From Octopus sinensis (Eukaryota), in contig NW_021825368.1 of the NCBI RefSeq assembly GCF_006345805.1, forward strand, positions 1 to 15,930: DNA of 15,930 nt. The letters run 5' to 3'. Position 1 is the stretch's first letter. Every line of letters starts with the position of its first letter. Of the stretch, positions 1-9,406 are shown piece by piece. The notes beneath the pieces were generated by a model. That model was given only the letters and a program-made list of their open reading frames with translations, had not been told where the DNA came from and did no database searches. Made by a program: the position numbers and the translations under genes.

Positions 1-207
1 GTCTGTATGTGTGTCTATATATCTACCTGTCTATCTGTATCGTTTTGTTTTCTCTCTGTCTCTGCCTGTCTCTCTCTCTCTCTCTCTTTTCACTCTCTAG
101 TTACTTATCTACGTTGTACATTATTACAGGTGACTAAGTATGTATATATTATGCATGTATGTGCGTGTCTATGTATGTATGTATGTAAGTATGAATGTGT
201 GTATATA

Positions 208-250
<43 letters not shown>

Positions 251-1132
251 TAATATTATATATATATATATTATATATATATATATTATTATAGGTGTGT
301 GTATGCATATTTGTGGGTATGTGTATATGTATATATATATATATAGTGTGGGTGTGCGCATGCGTGTGTGCTCGTGAGTGTATAAATAAGCTCATACTTG
401 TGCGACCAAGTAATGCTGAAAAGGCTATGCGCATACGTTTCCGCAAATTTGCACTTACACGCATATTCATATGTATAAGTGTCACTTGGAGTATATATTC
501 ATATGCACACGCAATTTCATGCGCAATTTCATTCCTTGTAATATACAGACAGAAACGGAGATAGCCTATTGTACACGCACAGATGCACACACACACACAC
601 GGACACAAACACACACATACACACACGGACACAAACACGCACACAATATACACATATAATGTATGTATGTACTTGTTTACACGTGTCTATCTATCTATCT
701 ATCTATCTATTATATATCTATCTATCTATCTATCTATCTATCCATCTATCTATCTATCTATCTACTATCTATCATCTACCATCTATCTATCTGTATTTCT
801 ATCTATCATCTATCTATATATCTATCTATCTATCCATCTATCATCTATCTATCTATCCATCATTATCTATCTATCCATCTATCTATTTGTAAACCCATTA
901 TTTATCTACCTGCCTGTTTGTCCGTCTCTGTATTGAATGTCATATATATATATATATATATGCAGGTGCACGCACACATACACGTTCACAGGCATATATA
1001 TATATATACACACCTTAAAAGTATATATATTATATATATATATAATATATATATGTGTGTATATATATATAATATATATATGTATATATATGTATATGCC
1101 TGTGAACGTGTATGTGTGTGTGCGTGCACATG

Positions 1133-1189
<57 letters not shown>

Positions 1190-1315
1190 GTATGTATGTA
1201 TGTATGTATATGTATATACACACGAAGGAATAACAAGAAACCGAGCGAGACAGGAAACATTCTATGCTTGTGTATGTGAATTTCTATGATCCGATACCAA
1301 TATGTATGTGTGAGC

Positions 1316-1362
<47 letters not shown>

Positions 1363-1400
1363 TACATACATATGTGCGTATGTTGTGTGTGTATGTGTGT
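1..1400. repeat. Compound microsatellite field: (TC)n, (TATG)n, (TA)n, (CA)n, (TATC)n
   Basis: Seen directly: TC run ~50-97, TA-rich ~203-290, CA-rich ~585-655, (TATC)n ~686-905, (CA)n ~1136-1178, (TA)n 1317-1352. The [16 protein letters not shown] ORFs here are translations of these repeats. Confidence 0.97.
686..905. repeat. (TATC)n / (GATA)n tetranucleotide microsatellite, interrupted
   Basis: ctatctatctatct... with occasional tatc->catc and atc slips. Confidence 0.95.
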
Positions 1401-1696
1401 ATTCGTGTGTGTTAGTGCACTATTTGAAGAATAATACGGAAAACTAATGTCTTCATCGTAGCTTCTTCAAAGATTTTCCAGTTGGATTAACGTCAGATTA
1501 GAACTAGCTGGGATTTGCCACCATGTTCGAATATAGCAACAGCTTCTAGCTTTTGGATTCAATATTCTCTTTTGATTCCAGATTTCCTTTTAAATACCAT
1601 CTATTTATGTATTTACATACGTACGTGTGTATACACTTACCTAACTTCTTTGCCAAATTCCAACCGCTAATAATAGTTTCGTTCACAATGGTTTCA

Positions 1697-2398
1697 AATT
1701 TTGGAACAAGGCCAGCAATGTTGAAGAGATGAAGTTCAGTCGATTATATAAATCCTATTGCTTGACTGCTATTTATTTTATCGATTCCGAGGAAAATAAA
1801 AAAATTCAAGTCGACCTTCGCGGCATTTGAACTCAGAACGTAAAAAGCTGGACGTAATACTGCTGGACGTAATGCCCCTAATGATTCTGCCATCGCAATG
1901 CTTTTCTAAATAATTCGGAGGCAAGTTGATTACTTTGTTTTTGAAGGACTGAGTAGACTGGTACTTATTTTATCGACTGTGAGGGCAAAATCGATGTCGG
2001 TGAGATTAGAACCCAGAATGTAAAGAGCCGAAAGAAAACATCAATAAGCATTTTGTCCGACACGCTAACGATTTTGTCTGATTGCCTCCTTCTTAATAAC
2101 TCTAATTTGGCACAAGGCCGGCGATTTTGAAGAGATGGTCTTTCTGGTTGATTACATCGAGCCCCATACTTGTCTGCTACATATATTATCGACCCGAAAA
2201 GGATGCATGGCAACGTTTACCCCGATGCAATTTGAACTCAGAATGTAAAGAGCCGGAACAAATGCAGCTAAGCATTTTCCGACATATTCTCTTCTACTCT
2301 AGGTACAGGGCCCGAAATTTTGGGAGAAGGGGGACAATCGATTAGATCGACCCCAGTACGTAATTGCTACTTATTTAATCGACCCCGAGAGGATGAAA
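1697..2398 (-). mobile_element. Cluster of four diverged, co-oriented tRNA-derived SINE copies (family C), about 1697-1897, 1915-2091, 2100-2290 and 2292-2398
   Basis: Each contains variants of gtcgattacatcgacccc...tacttattttatcgacccc..aaggatgaaa...tttgaactcagaacgtaaag, the same body as the cleaner copies at 9177-9406 and 10554-10787. On the minus strand the head carries A-box (TGGCAGAATCG) and B-box (GAGTTCAAATTCC)-like motifs. Boundaries are approximate. Confidence 0.8.
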
Positions 2399-2765
2399 AT
2401 GGAAAAGTGAATCACCTGGATTGTGCTGTTCAAATGGAAAGATGAAGTTGAAACTATTACCTGAACCAAGGGAACCTTTGAAGGGACTGATGATTGGTAC
2501 AACTATTGGATCAAGATATTTTCTTCAAAATATACAGAAGTACAACAATGCATTCCAAATGACATCATTTGGTGCAAATGTCATCTATGAAGGTGGCTTT
2601 ATGCCCACTTTCAAGATCCGAAGAGAAGTGTACCATAGAATAGAAGAAGAACCAAAATATCTACAATTGTATTTCATCGGTGATAGGAAAACCCAAGCAC
2701 AGACAAGTCATGAAAGGAATAAAGAAAGAAGGCATGGAATCATGTTATAACCACAAGATATGTTA
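2397..2765 (+). pseudogene. Helitron RepHel N-terminal fragment 1
   Basis: KWKSESPGLCCSNGKMKLKLLPEPREPLKGL...RYFLQNIQKYNNAFQMTSFGANVIYEGGFMPTFKIRREVYHRI..EEPKYLQLYFIGD matches the conserved Helitron pre-Rep block (CCxxGKVxL...FLxNIRxYNxAFQMTSFG...FKIQGQVYHRIG...PKFLQIYFxGD). Frameshifted towards its end. Confidence 0.9.
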
Positions 2766-3186
2766 CAGGAGTGGCTGTGTGGTATGTAGCTTGCTAACCA
2801 ACCACATGGTTCCGGGTTCAGTCCCACTGCGTGGCATCTTGGGCAAGTGTCTTCTGCTATAGCCCCAGGCCGACCAATGCCTTGTGAGTGGATTTGGTAG
2901 ACGGAAACTGAAAGAAGCCTGTCGTATATATGTATATATATATATAAGTGTGTGTGTGTATATGTTTGTGTGTCTGTGTTTGTCCCCCTAGCATTGCTTG
3001 ACAAACGATGCTGGTGTGTTTACGTCCCCGTCACTTAGCGGTTCGGCAAAAGAGACCGATAGAATAAGTACTGGGCTTACAGAAAGAATAAGTCCCGGGG
3101 TCGATTTGCTCGATTAAAGGCGGTGCTCCAGCATGGCCGCAGTCAAATGACTGAAACAAGTAAAAGAGTAAAAGAGTAAAGAGTAA
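2766..3186 (+). mobile_element. tRNA-derived composite SINE (family A; CORE-like; Octopus OR-type by recollection), copy A1
   Basis: Head gtggctgtgtggta...ggttccgggttcagtccc (A/B-box-like), then cttgggcaagtgtctt (CORE-like start), internal TA/TG microsatellite, right arm ...gcggtgctccagcatggccgcagtcaaatgactgaaac and (gtaaaaga)n tail. No clear TSD, but the flanks rejoin as Helitron codons atg tta ca|t aca aaa aac agc tat. Confidence 0.9.
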
Positions 3187-3339
3187 TACAAAAAACAGCT
3201 ATATTAGGAGTTTGAAATATGCCATAGGAAATGAGCTTGCAGAACTCGAAGTAGGGATAAATGCTGACAAGAGACCATCAGGAGAGCATTCACGCCGATA
3301 TAATGCACCTGAATGTAATGAAATAGCTAGTGTAATATC
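3187..3339 (+). pseudogene. Helitron RepHel fragment 2
   Basis: NSYIRSLKYAIGNELAELEVGINADKRPSGEHSRRYNAPECNEIASVI matches the Helitron ADKRPxGEHxRRxNAPxxNEVA motif. Confidence 0.88.
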
Positions 3340-3722
3340 GTGGAGGCGCAATGGCCCAGTGGTTAGGGCAGCGGACTCGCGGTCATAGGATCGCGGTTTC
3401 GATTCCCAGACCGGGCGTTGTGAGTGTTTATTGAGCGAAAACACCTAAAGCTCCACGAGGCTCCGGCAGGGGATGGTGGTGATCCCTGCTGTACTCTTTC
3501 ACCACAACTTTCTCTCACTCTTACTTCCTGTTTCTATTGTACCTGTATTTCAAAGGGCCGGCCTTGTCACTCTCTGTCACGCTGAATATCCCCGAGAACT
3601 ACGTTAAGGGTACACGTGTCTGTGGAGTGCTCAGCCACTTACACGTTAATTTCACGAGCAGGCTGTTCCGTTGATTCGGATCAACCGGAACCCTCGTCGT
3701 CGTAACCGACGGAGTGCTTCCC
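3340..3722 (+). mobile_element. tRNA-derived SINE family B, copy B1, with 11-bp TSD
   Basis: Head gtggaggcgcaatggcccagtggttaggg...gtttcgattccc (A box TGGCCCAGTGG, B-box-like GTTTCGATTCC). TSD agtgtaatatc at 3329-3339 and 3723-3733; removal restores ...A S V I S G E K... Confidence 0.95.
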
Positions 3723-3733
3723 AGTGTAATATC

Positions 3734-4025
3734 AGGAGAAAAGCATGGTAAGTATGACATAATCCTTCATGGGAGAGATAATCAATTACAGAGAATGAAT
3801 GAAACACATCGATGTTATGATGCTCTCCAATAATCTTTAATTTATGTGAATGGGGAAGATAGATACTATTTTAAAACCCCTCAAAATGATGGAAATGATA
3901 ATATGAGAAAGACTTACTCCCATCATTTTACGGTTCATCAAGATAATTTCAATTCACTCCGCCGAATGTGAAGTTTGTTCCATCAATTTGTATGCAAAAG
4001 TCGAGGCGGAAAGATTAGCATTCAT
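3734..4025 (+). pseudogene. Helitron RepHel fragment 3
   Basis: GEKHGKYDIILHGRDNQLQRMNETHRCYDALQ*SLIYVNGEDRYYF...NFNSLRRM*SLFHQFV/(frameshift)YAKVEAERLAF matches ETHRSYDALQYPL..GEDG and LFHQFxVDMYAKIESERL; two stops and a frameshift. Confidence 0.88.
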
Positions 4026-4423
4026 GAATGGAACGGAAGCACTCTGTCGGTTACGACGACGAGGGTTCCGGTTGATCCGAATCAACGGAACAGCCTGCTC
4101 GTGAAATTAACGTGTAAGTGGCTGAGCACTCCACAGACACGTGTACCCTTAACGTAGTTCTCGGGGCTATTCAGCGTGACACAGAGAGTGACAAGGCCGG
4201 CCCTTTGAAATACAGGTACAAGAGAAACAGGAAGTAAGAGTGAGAGAGAGTTGTGGCGAAAGAGTACAGCAGGGATCACCACCACCCCTGCCGTAGCCTC
4301 GTGGAGCTTTTTTAGGTGTTTTCGCTCAATAAACACTCGCAACGCCCGGTCTGGGAATCGAAACCGCGATCCTATGACCGCCGCGAGTCCGCTGCCCTAA
4401 CCACTGGGCCATTGCGCCTCCAC
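4026..4423 (-). mobile_element. tRNA-derived SINE family B, copy B2 (inverted relative to B1), with 12-bp TSD
   Basis: Reverse complement of B1. TSD attagcattcat at 4014-4025 and 4424-4435; removal restores E R L A F I R S H Q K. Confidence 0.95.
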
Positions 4424-4435
4424 ATTAGCATTCAT

Positions 4436-4690
4436 AAGATCCCACCAGAAAGAATGAAGACCTGAGTCATACATTCATTTACGCGATGGCATCAGTAACG
4501 AAGTTGCTGCTGAAGACATTGGGACGTTGTGCATCCTTCCATCTGGCTTTACTGCTAGCCCCAGATATATGCATGAAAGAACGCATGACGTATGCTAGGA
4601 ACTTTGGTAAATCAAACCTATTCGTAACTTTCACATGTAATCCAAGACGGAAAGAGATTCAAAATGAATTGCTTCCAGGTCAAACACAAT
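4436..4690 (+). pseudogene. Helitron Rep fragment 4, including rolling-circle motif 1
   Basis: RSHQKE*RPESYIHLRDG...ILPSGFTASPRYMHERTHD/(frameshift)MTYARNFGKSNLFVTFTCNPRRKEIQNELLPGQ matches ILPSxFxGSPRYMxExxQDAMTYVRxxGxPDLFITFTCNPxWxEI. Similarity stops before the HUH motif. Confidence 0.92.
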
Positions 4691-4923
4691 GCTGGAAGTT
4701 CAAAACATCATTTCATTTCTACTCCACTGGGAAAAACTCATAATGTTGTATGTAAAGAAGTTTTATCATAACTTGCTTTTATGTGTTTTCTATTTCAAGA
4801 ATGTCGTTGCTGTTGACCTCACTGAATTTGCTATGTCAGTAATGTTAGAATCACCAATCATGACAATTATTAAAAGAAGAACTCATATATCAAATTTTTG
4901 AATGAAATCTCATTATTACATTT

Positions 4924-4953
4924 AACCCGGGCAACGCCGGATTCTTCTACTAG
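4924..4953 (+). other. Helitron 3' terminal signature (GC-rich hairpin + CTAG)
   Basis: aacccgggcaacgccggatt hairpin (4924-4943), 6-nt gap, CTAG (4950-4953), then T: the canonical Helitron 3' end. Confidence 0.88.
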
Positions 4954-4956
4954 TAG

Positions 4957-4966
4957 ATATATATAT

Positions 4967-5023
<57 letters not shown>

Positions 5024-5046
5024 TTGGGTGTGTGTGTGTGTGTGTG
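4957..5046. repeat. (TA)n followed by (TG)n microsatellite
   Basis: Seen directly, just after the Helitron terminus. Confidence 0.95.
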
Positions 5047-5282
5047 TAGTTATGTTTATATAGTAGATAGTACTTTGGCAATGCGTAGAAACTATTTAAA
5101 ATTCATACGTCGCACAACTATTCCTAAGATTATGAACAAAATAAACGCTGCTGTTTTGACAAGTAACAAATCATAAAGCTAATGAAAAGATCCATATTTC
5201 ATTTGTGAATAATATGCCGTGGAGAGCATAGAATGCTTTTATGTATGGTGAGAAAATGTTTTTTTCTGGGCAATGAAAGAAA

Positions 5283-5470
5283 TGTGATAATTACAACGAC
5301 GTTGTTGAAAAATTGCTTAAGAATTTTTATCGTTCAAGAAAAGATATGAGAATTACAACCACGTAGTTGAAAAATTGCATGCGAATTTTTATCGTTTATG
5401 TGGCACCATAAGAAAACGTATGAGAATTACAAAGATGCAGTTGAAACATTGCATAAGAACTTTTATCGTC
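5283..5470. repeat. Three diverged copies of a 52-bp unit (5283-5334, 5345-5396, 5419-5470)
   Basis: Consensus about tatgagaattacaa.gacgtagttgaaaaattgcataagaatttttatcgtt; start-to-start spacing 62 and 74 bp. Confidence 0.85.
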
Positions 5471-5576
5471 CGCGGGTACCAAATGGATAAAAGCTCATTG
5501 TTTCATTGTTTCTTGAATTTTCTGATATTTAGGCGACGTAAGTGATAAGTATTATGAAAAATTCTCCCAGGATATA

Positions 5577-5924
5577 CAAGGGGAAGGTCAAAAATCTTCC
5601 ACACTTTTGCCAAAACTTTGTTTATATTGACCGCACTGCCTTCAGCGCTCGCATGCTAAAAGATGGTACCGTTGTGGTCACATTACCGACGTTTGGCCTT
5701 CCTCGCTCCAGTTTTGTTTCTTGTGTTACATATTAAACATGGCCACTCCGCTGGCAATGTGCACCAAGGTTGAACAAAGATCAGTGGTCCGAATTCGTTA
5801 GGGTGTCAGGGGCTGAAATTCATCGCAGGCTTTTTGTTACATTGACAGCTCTCAAACGCTTAACAGAGTGTATGAGTGGATCGAAAAGTTAAAAAATGGC
5901 TGGACAAGCATGAAACTCGATGAG
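5577..5924 (+). mobile_element. Tc1/mariner-family DNA transposon 5' relic (putative left TIR + transposase N-terminal HTH), frameshifted and truncated
   Basis: ATG at 5739: MATPLAMCTKVEQRSVVR, then (other frames) VSGAEIHRRL and NRVYEWIEKLKNGWTSM, matching mariner CTxxEQRSVIRFL..EGxxGAEIHRRL...VYEWIExFKNGRTS. TA|caaggggaaggtcaaaaa at 5575 resembles a mariner TIR start (lower confidence). Confidence 0.8.
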
Positions 5925-5934
5925 ATAGTAGGAC

Positions 5935-6050
5935 ATCAATCTTCCGGAGTCGATAAAACAAGTACCAGTTGAGTGCTGGGGGTCGATGTAATCGATTTAA
6001 CCTCCCCCCCCGAAACTGCTGGTCTTCTGCCATTTTTAAAAATCAATATT
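5935..6050 (+). mobile_element. Headless family C SINE fragment
   Basis: cttccggagtcgataaaacaagtaccagttgagtgctgggggtcgatgtaatcgattt is the reverse complement of the family C body. Confidence 0.8.
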
Positions 6051-6645
6051 AGCACATTTTAAATCAGTTTGATGCAACGGAACAAATATTTATATATTTT
6101 AAATACATTTGTGTATTTGATACGTTTGTAATATACAAACGGGTCCATTGGCCACAGGAAAACATTAGCGTTGTGAGATACTTGTGGAAGCTCTTAGTTG
6201 TAACTCTGCACAGTGGTGACATTCAGGTGAGGTTATCGAAAGTCAATGAGTATTTATTCAATATGTGTCCATGTTTGCAAGAAAACATGGTTTTTTCAGG
6301 CGTAGAATTACTTTTATCGAACAGGGAAGGAGCGATTAAAGGAGCTTAAAAGTTACACGGCTTGTTAGATAACTGTATCTGACTGCTTAACCAATTTTAG
6401 TAGCGGAGTCATTAAAAAAAGGATGTTAAGAAAGCTGTCAAGGAAATAAAAATAAAAAGTGTGAAAAAATAAAAATGAAACGAATTCGATATTGAATTTT
6501 ATTGAAATGAGCGAATTCTTCTGTATAGTAATTGCTTTCAGATGACAGCTCTTATCTCATAGCTTTTGTAACAATTGTTACTACTGGTCTTATTAAAACC
6601 TGTTTTCTTGGAATACATCAATAAAGAGGAAGTTAAACATACATA

Positions 6646-6830
6646 ATTGCATATGGTACCAGAAATATGTGGTTCATCTCCTTTCATGATTGCAAATGGT
6701 ACCACAATCTTGTCATGATACCGTATGGTACCTCAGTCTTGTGGTTCACCGTCTGCCATGTATGATTTCACGTGGTAACACAACCCTATAATTCATCTCC
6801 TGTCTTTATTGCATATAGTACAGAAATGCT
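6646..6830. repeat. Degenerate ~43-bp minisatellite, about 4.5 units, with a central GGTACC palindrome
   Basis: Unit starts 6646, 6689, 6718, 6765, 6808 (lengths 43, 29, 47, 43); unit 1 attgcatatggtaccagaaatatgtggttcatctcctttcatg. Confidence 0.8.
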
Positions 6831-6922
6831 GATTGAAAAGAAAAAACGACTGGTATTTTGCACAAAATGGAAGGATGAATTTGTCTGGAAGAAAAGAAAC
6901 AAAAATATAAAAAAAGCTAGAT

Positions 6923-7523
<601 letters not shown>

Positions 7524-7532
7524 GGGTAATTT

Positions 7533-8991
7533 AGTGTCGGGTTTGCAGTATAAACAAACCATTGCAAGCAACAACTATCATAACTTCCGCAAGATGAAAA
7601 TGATCACGTTATGACTCTGAAAGTAGATCTGATGGAGAGGCACTCGACGTATTTAGTAAGTTGCCGTATTCGAGAAATACGCGACATATCTAGTTACTCA
7701 GAAGGTAATTGAAATATTTGCTAAGCTGCCTTACTTATGGATATGTCAAAATACGATTTTAACGTTCGATAATATTCCGTCATCTTAAGATTAACTCGTC
7801 CTGGCAACGCGTTACTGTTTGTGGGTGGAGGCGCAATGGCCCAGTGGTTAGGGCAGCGAACTCGCGGTCGGAGGATCGTGGTTTCGATTTCCAGACCGGG
7901 CATTGTGAGTGTTTATTGAGCGAAAACACCTAAAGCCCCACGAGGCTCCGGCAGGGGGTGGTGGTGAACCCTGCTGTACTCTTTCGCCACAACTTTCTCT
8001 CAATCTTTCTTCCTGTTTCTCTTGTACCTGTATTTCAAAGGGCCAGCCTTGCCACTCTCTGTGTCACGCTGAATATCCCCGAGAACTACGTTAAGGGTAC
8101 ACGTGTCTGTGGAGTGCTCAGCCACTTGCACGTTAATATCACGAGCAAGCTGTTCCGTTGATCGTATCAGCTGGGACCCTCATCGTCGAAACCGACGGAG
8201 TGCTCCTAATAAATAACTGTTTGTGGACTTTAATGTCAGGAAGGCTCGTTTTCGGAAAGTTGGTTGTGATGTAATGAACAAGCACAGTATAGAGATAATA
8301 GTTAGCAGTGGGTTGCATCTGGTGGCTTTTCTTTTGGTCATGAATCTGGCCTCTCTGTTACAAACATATTGGTCCAGCAATCACATAATTATAAATAACT
8401 TGGTACACCCTCGGTACACCAGGGCTCACCTGTAATCACACAATCACCGTGAAAGACATAAACGATGTTATTTTCATTTGCTCATTTACAGCCGCTTGTA
8501 TTCTCCAGCGTTTCATGTAAACAACGACATTAAAATACCAAAGTCTCTCGATGTGTAAATGTCAAGTCATCCAAGGTTGAGGAGAGAAAACGTGAGCTCA
8601 CAAATTAGATGGGAATCTGTCAAACGTAAATACAATAGAAAATGTTAAAGAATCGCAGAGGTGCCTCAGAGCAACCGTATATTCTGCTTCCTTTAAAGTA
8701 ATAGGATTGCCCCGAGGCAATCATCGACATTGGTTCGATTAGTATAACCTTAAACTTAGATCCGTCTCTGGATAGTATGCATATTACACACAAACAACAT
8801 TGGATATCGGTGAAAAGTGTCAAGCTGAAAATAAATCTTTTCTTGAGCTAAAACGATCGGTACAAATGTTTTTGGGAAGTATTAAAGAAACACGATGGAC
8901 ACAAAGAGCAACTGAGATTGAATCTTCTCCAGATAGGAAACATATTACATCGGTTTATGACGGTTTCAAAACAATACAGGAACCAACATAG
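7533..8991 (+). pseudogene. Decayed RTE-clade (BovB-like) non-LTR retrotransposon ORF: APE endonuclease domain + linker; RT not present
   Basis: VGFAV*TN...LPQDENDHVMTLKVDL (cf. GVGFAIK...LPxGINDRLMTLRLPL); LLFV|DFNVR across the SINE B3 TSD (GDFN motif); HPR..HL..DINDV; ATVYSASFKVIGLPRGNHRHWFD at 8671-8739 (cf. xVYxxAxExLG...RKHQDWFDEN); KRSVQMFLGSIKETRWTQRATEIESSPDRKHITSVYDGFKTIQEPT (cf. VQxKLRxMQDxWWxxKAxEIQxxADxxDMKxFYxALKxVYGP). Many stops and frameshifts. Confidence 0.82.
7825..8215 (+). mobile_element. Family B SINE, copy B3, with 11-bp TSD, inserted in the LINE endonuclease motif
   Basis: Same head and body as B1; TSD actgtttgtgg at 7814-7824 and 8216-8226; tail taataaata. Confidence 0.95.
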
Positions 8992-9176
8992 AACCTTGCC
9001 TAATATCATTGGTACTCTGTCTTGGTTCCTGTATTTGCTATTATGTCTTCCAGTTATGCCACATTGCTCTTTTAAAAACTTTTGAAAAGCGAGTCAGATA
9101 TGAGTTTTGTTTTAGTGGAGAAGATTTCTAATCACGTAAGATGCAAAACAAAGATACTAAATCGGGCAAATATATA

Positions 9177-9406
9177 TTTCTTTACTGCCCACAAAGGGCT
9201 AAACATAGAGGGGACAAACAAGGACAGACAAAGGGATTAAGTCGATTACATCGACCCCAGTGCGTAACTGGTACTTTATTTATCGATCCCGAAAGGATGA
9301 AAAAGGCAAAGTCGACCTCGGCGGAATTTGAACTCAGAACGTAACGGCGGACGAAATACGGCTACGCATTTCGCCCGGCGCGCTAACGATTCTGCCAGCT
9401 CACCGC
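9177..9406 (-). mobile_element. Full-length family C SINE with TSD of up to 13 bp
   Basis: gcaaatatatatt at 9166-9178 and 9405-9417, overlapping the element ends by ~2 nt. Minus-strand head gcggtgagctggcagaatcgttagc...gttctgagttcaaattccgcc; tail gtgggcagtaaagaaa. Confidence 0.92.

Larger units (their letters stand above)
2397..4953 (+). mobile_element. Non-autonomous, internally deleted Helitron (RepHel relic plus intact 3' terminus), interrupted by three SINEs; 5' end not identified
   Basis: Removing the SINEs joins four Rep-like segments in order, ending just after rolling-circle motif 1 (LFVTFTCNP). About 260 bp of non-coding DNA follows, then a hairpin+CTAG|T terminus next to a (TA)n tract. 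Confidence 0.9.

Noticed and set aside
510-532. 12-bp-period duplication cgcaatttcat in a unique island within the microsatellite field
   Set aside because: Only two copies; typical slippage with no further structure.
7-1371. Eleven overlapping ORFs of 60-208 aa
   Set aside because: They are translations of TA/CA/TATC microsatellites, which lack stop codons in some frames; low complexity, no domain signal.
1430-1600. Possible minus-strand coding relic (IQKLEAVAIFEHGG)
   Set aside because: Short, interrupted by stops, no motif I can assign with confidence.
2760-3190. TSD for SINE A1 (taca on both sides)
   Set aside because: A 4-bp match in AT-rich DNA is not significant, and the in-frame rejoin does not require a duplication.
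3340-3415. tRNA genes at SINE heads (also 7825, 4350-4423, 14401, 6923)
   Set aside because: A/B boxes are present but I could not fold a complete cloverleaf, and each continues into a SINE body, with TSDs for the family B copies.
6136-6230. Possible exon ending ...GDIQ|gtgagg
   Set aside because: Donor-like site only; no acceptor upstream and no recognisable protein similarity.
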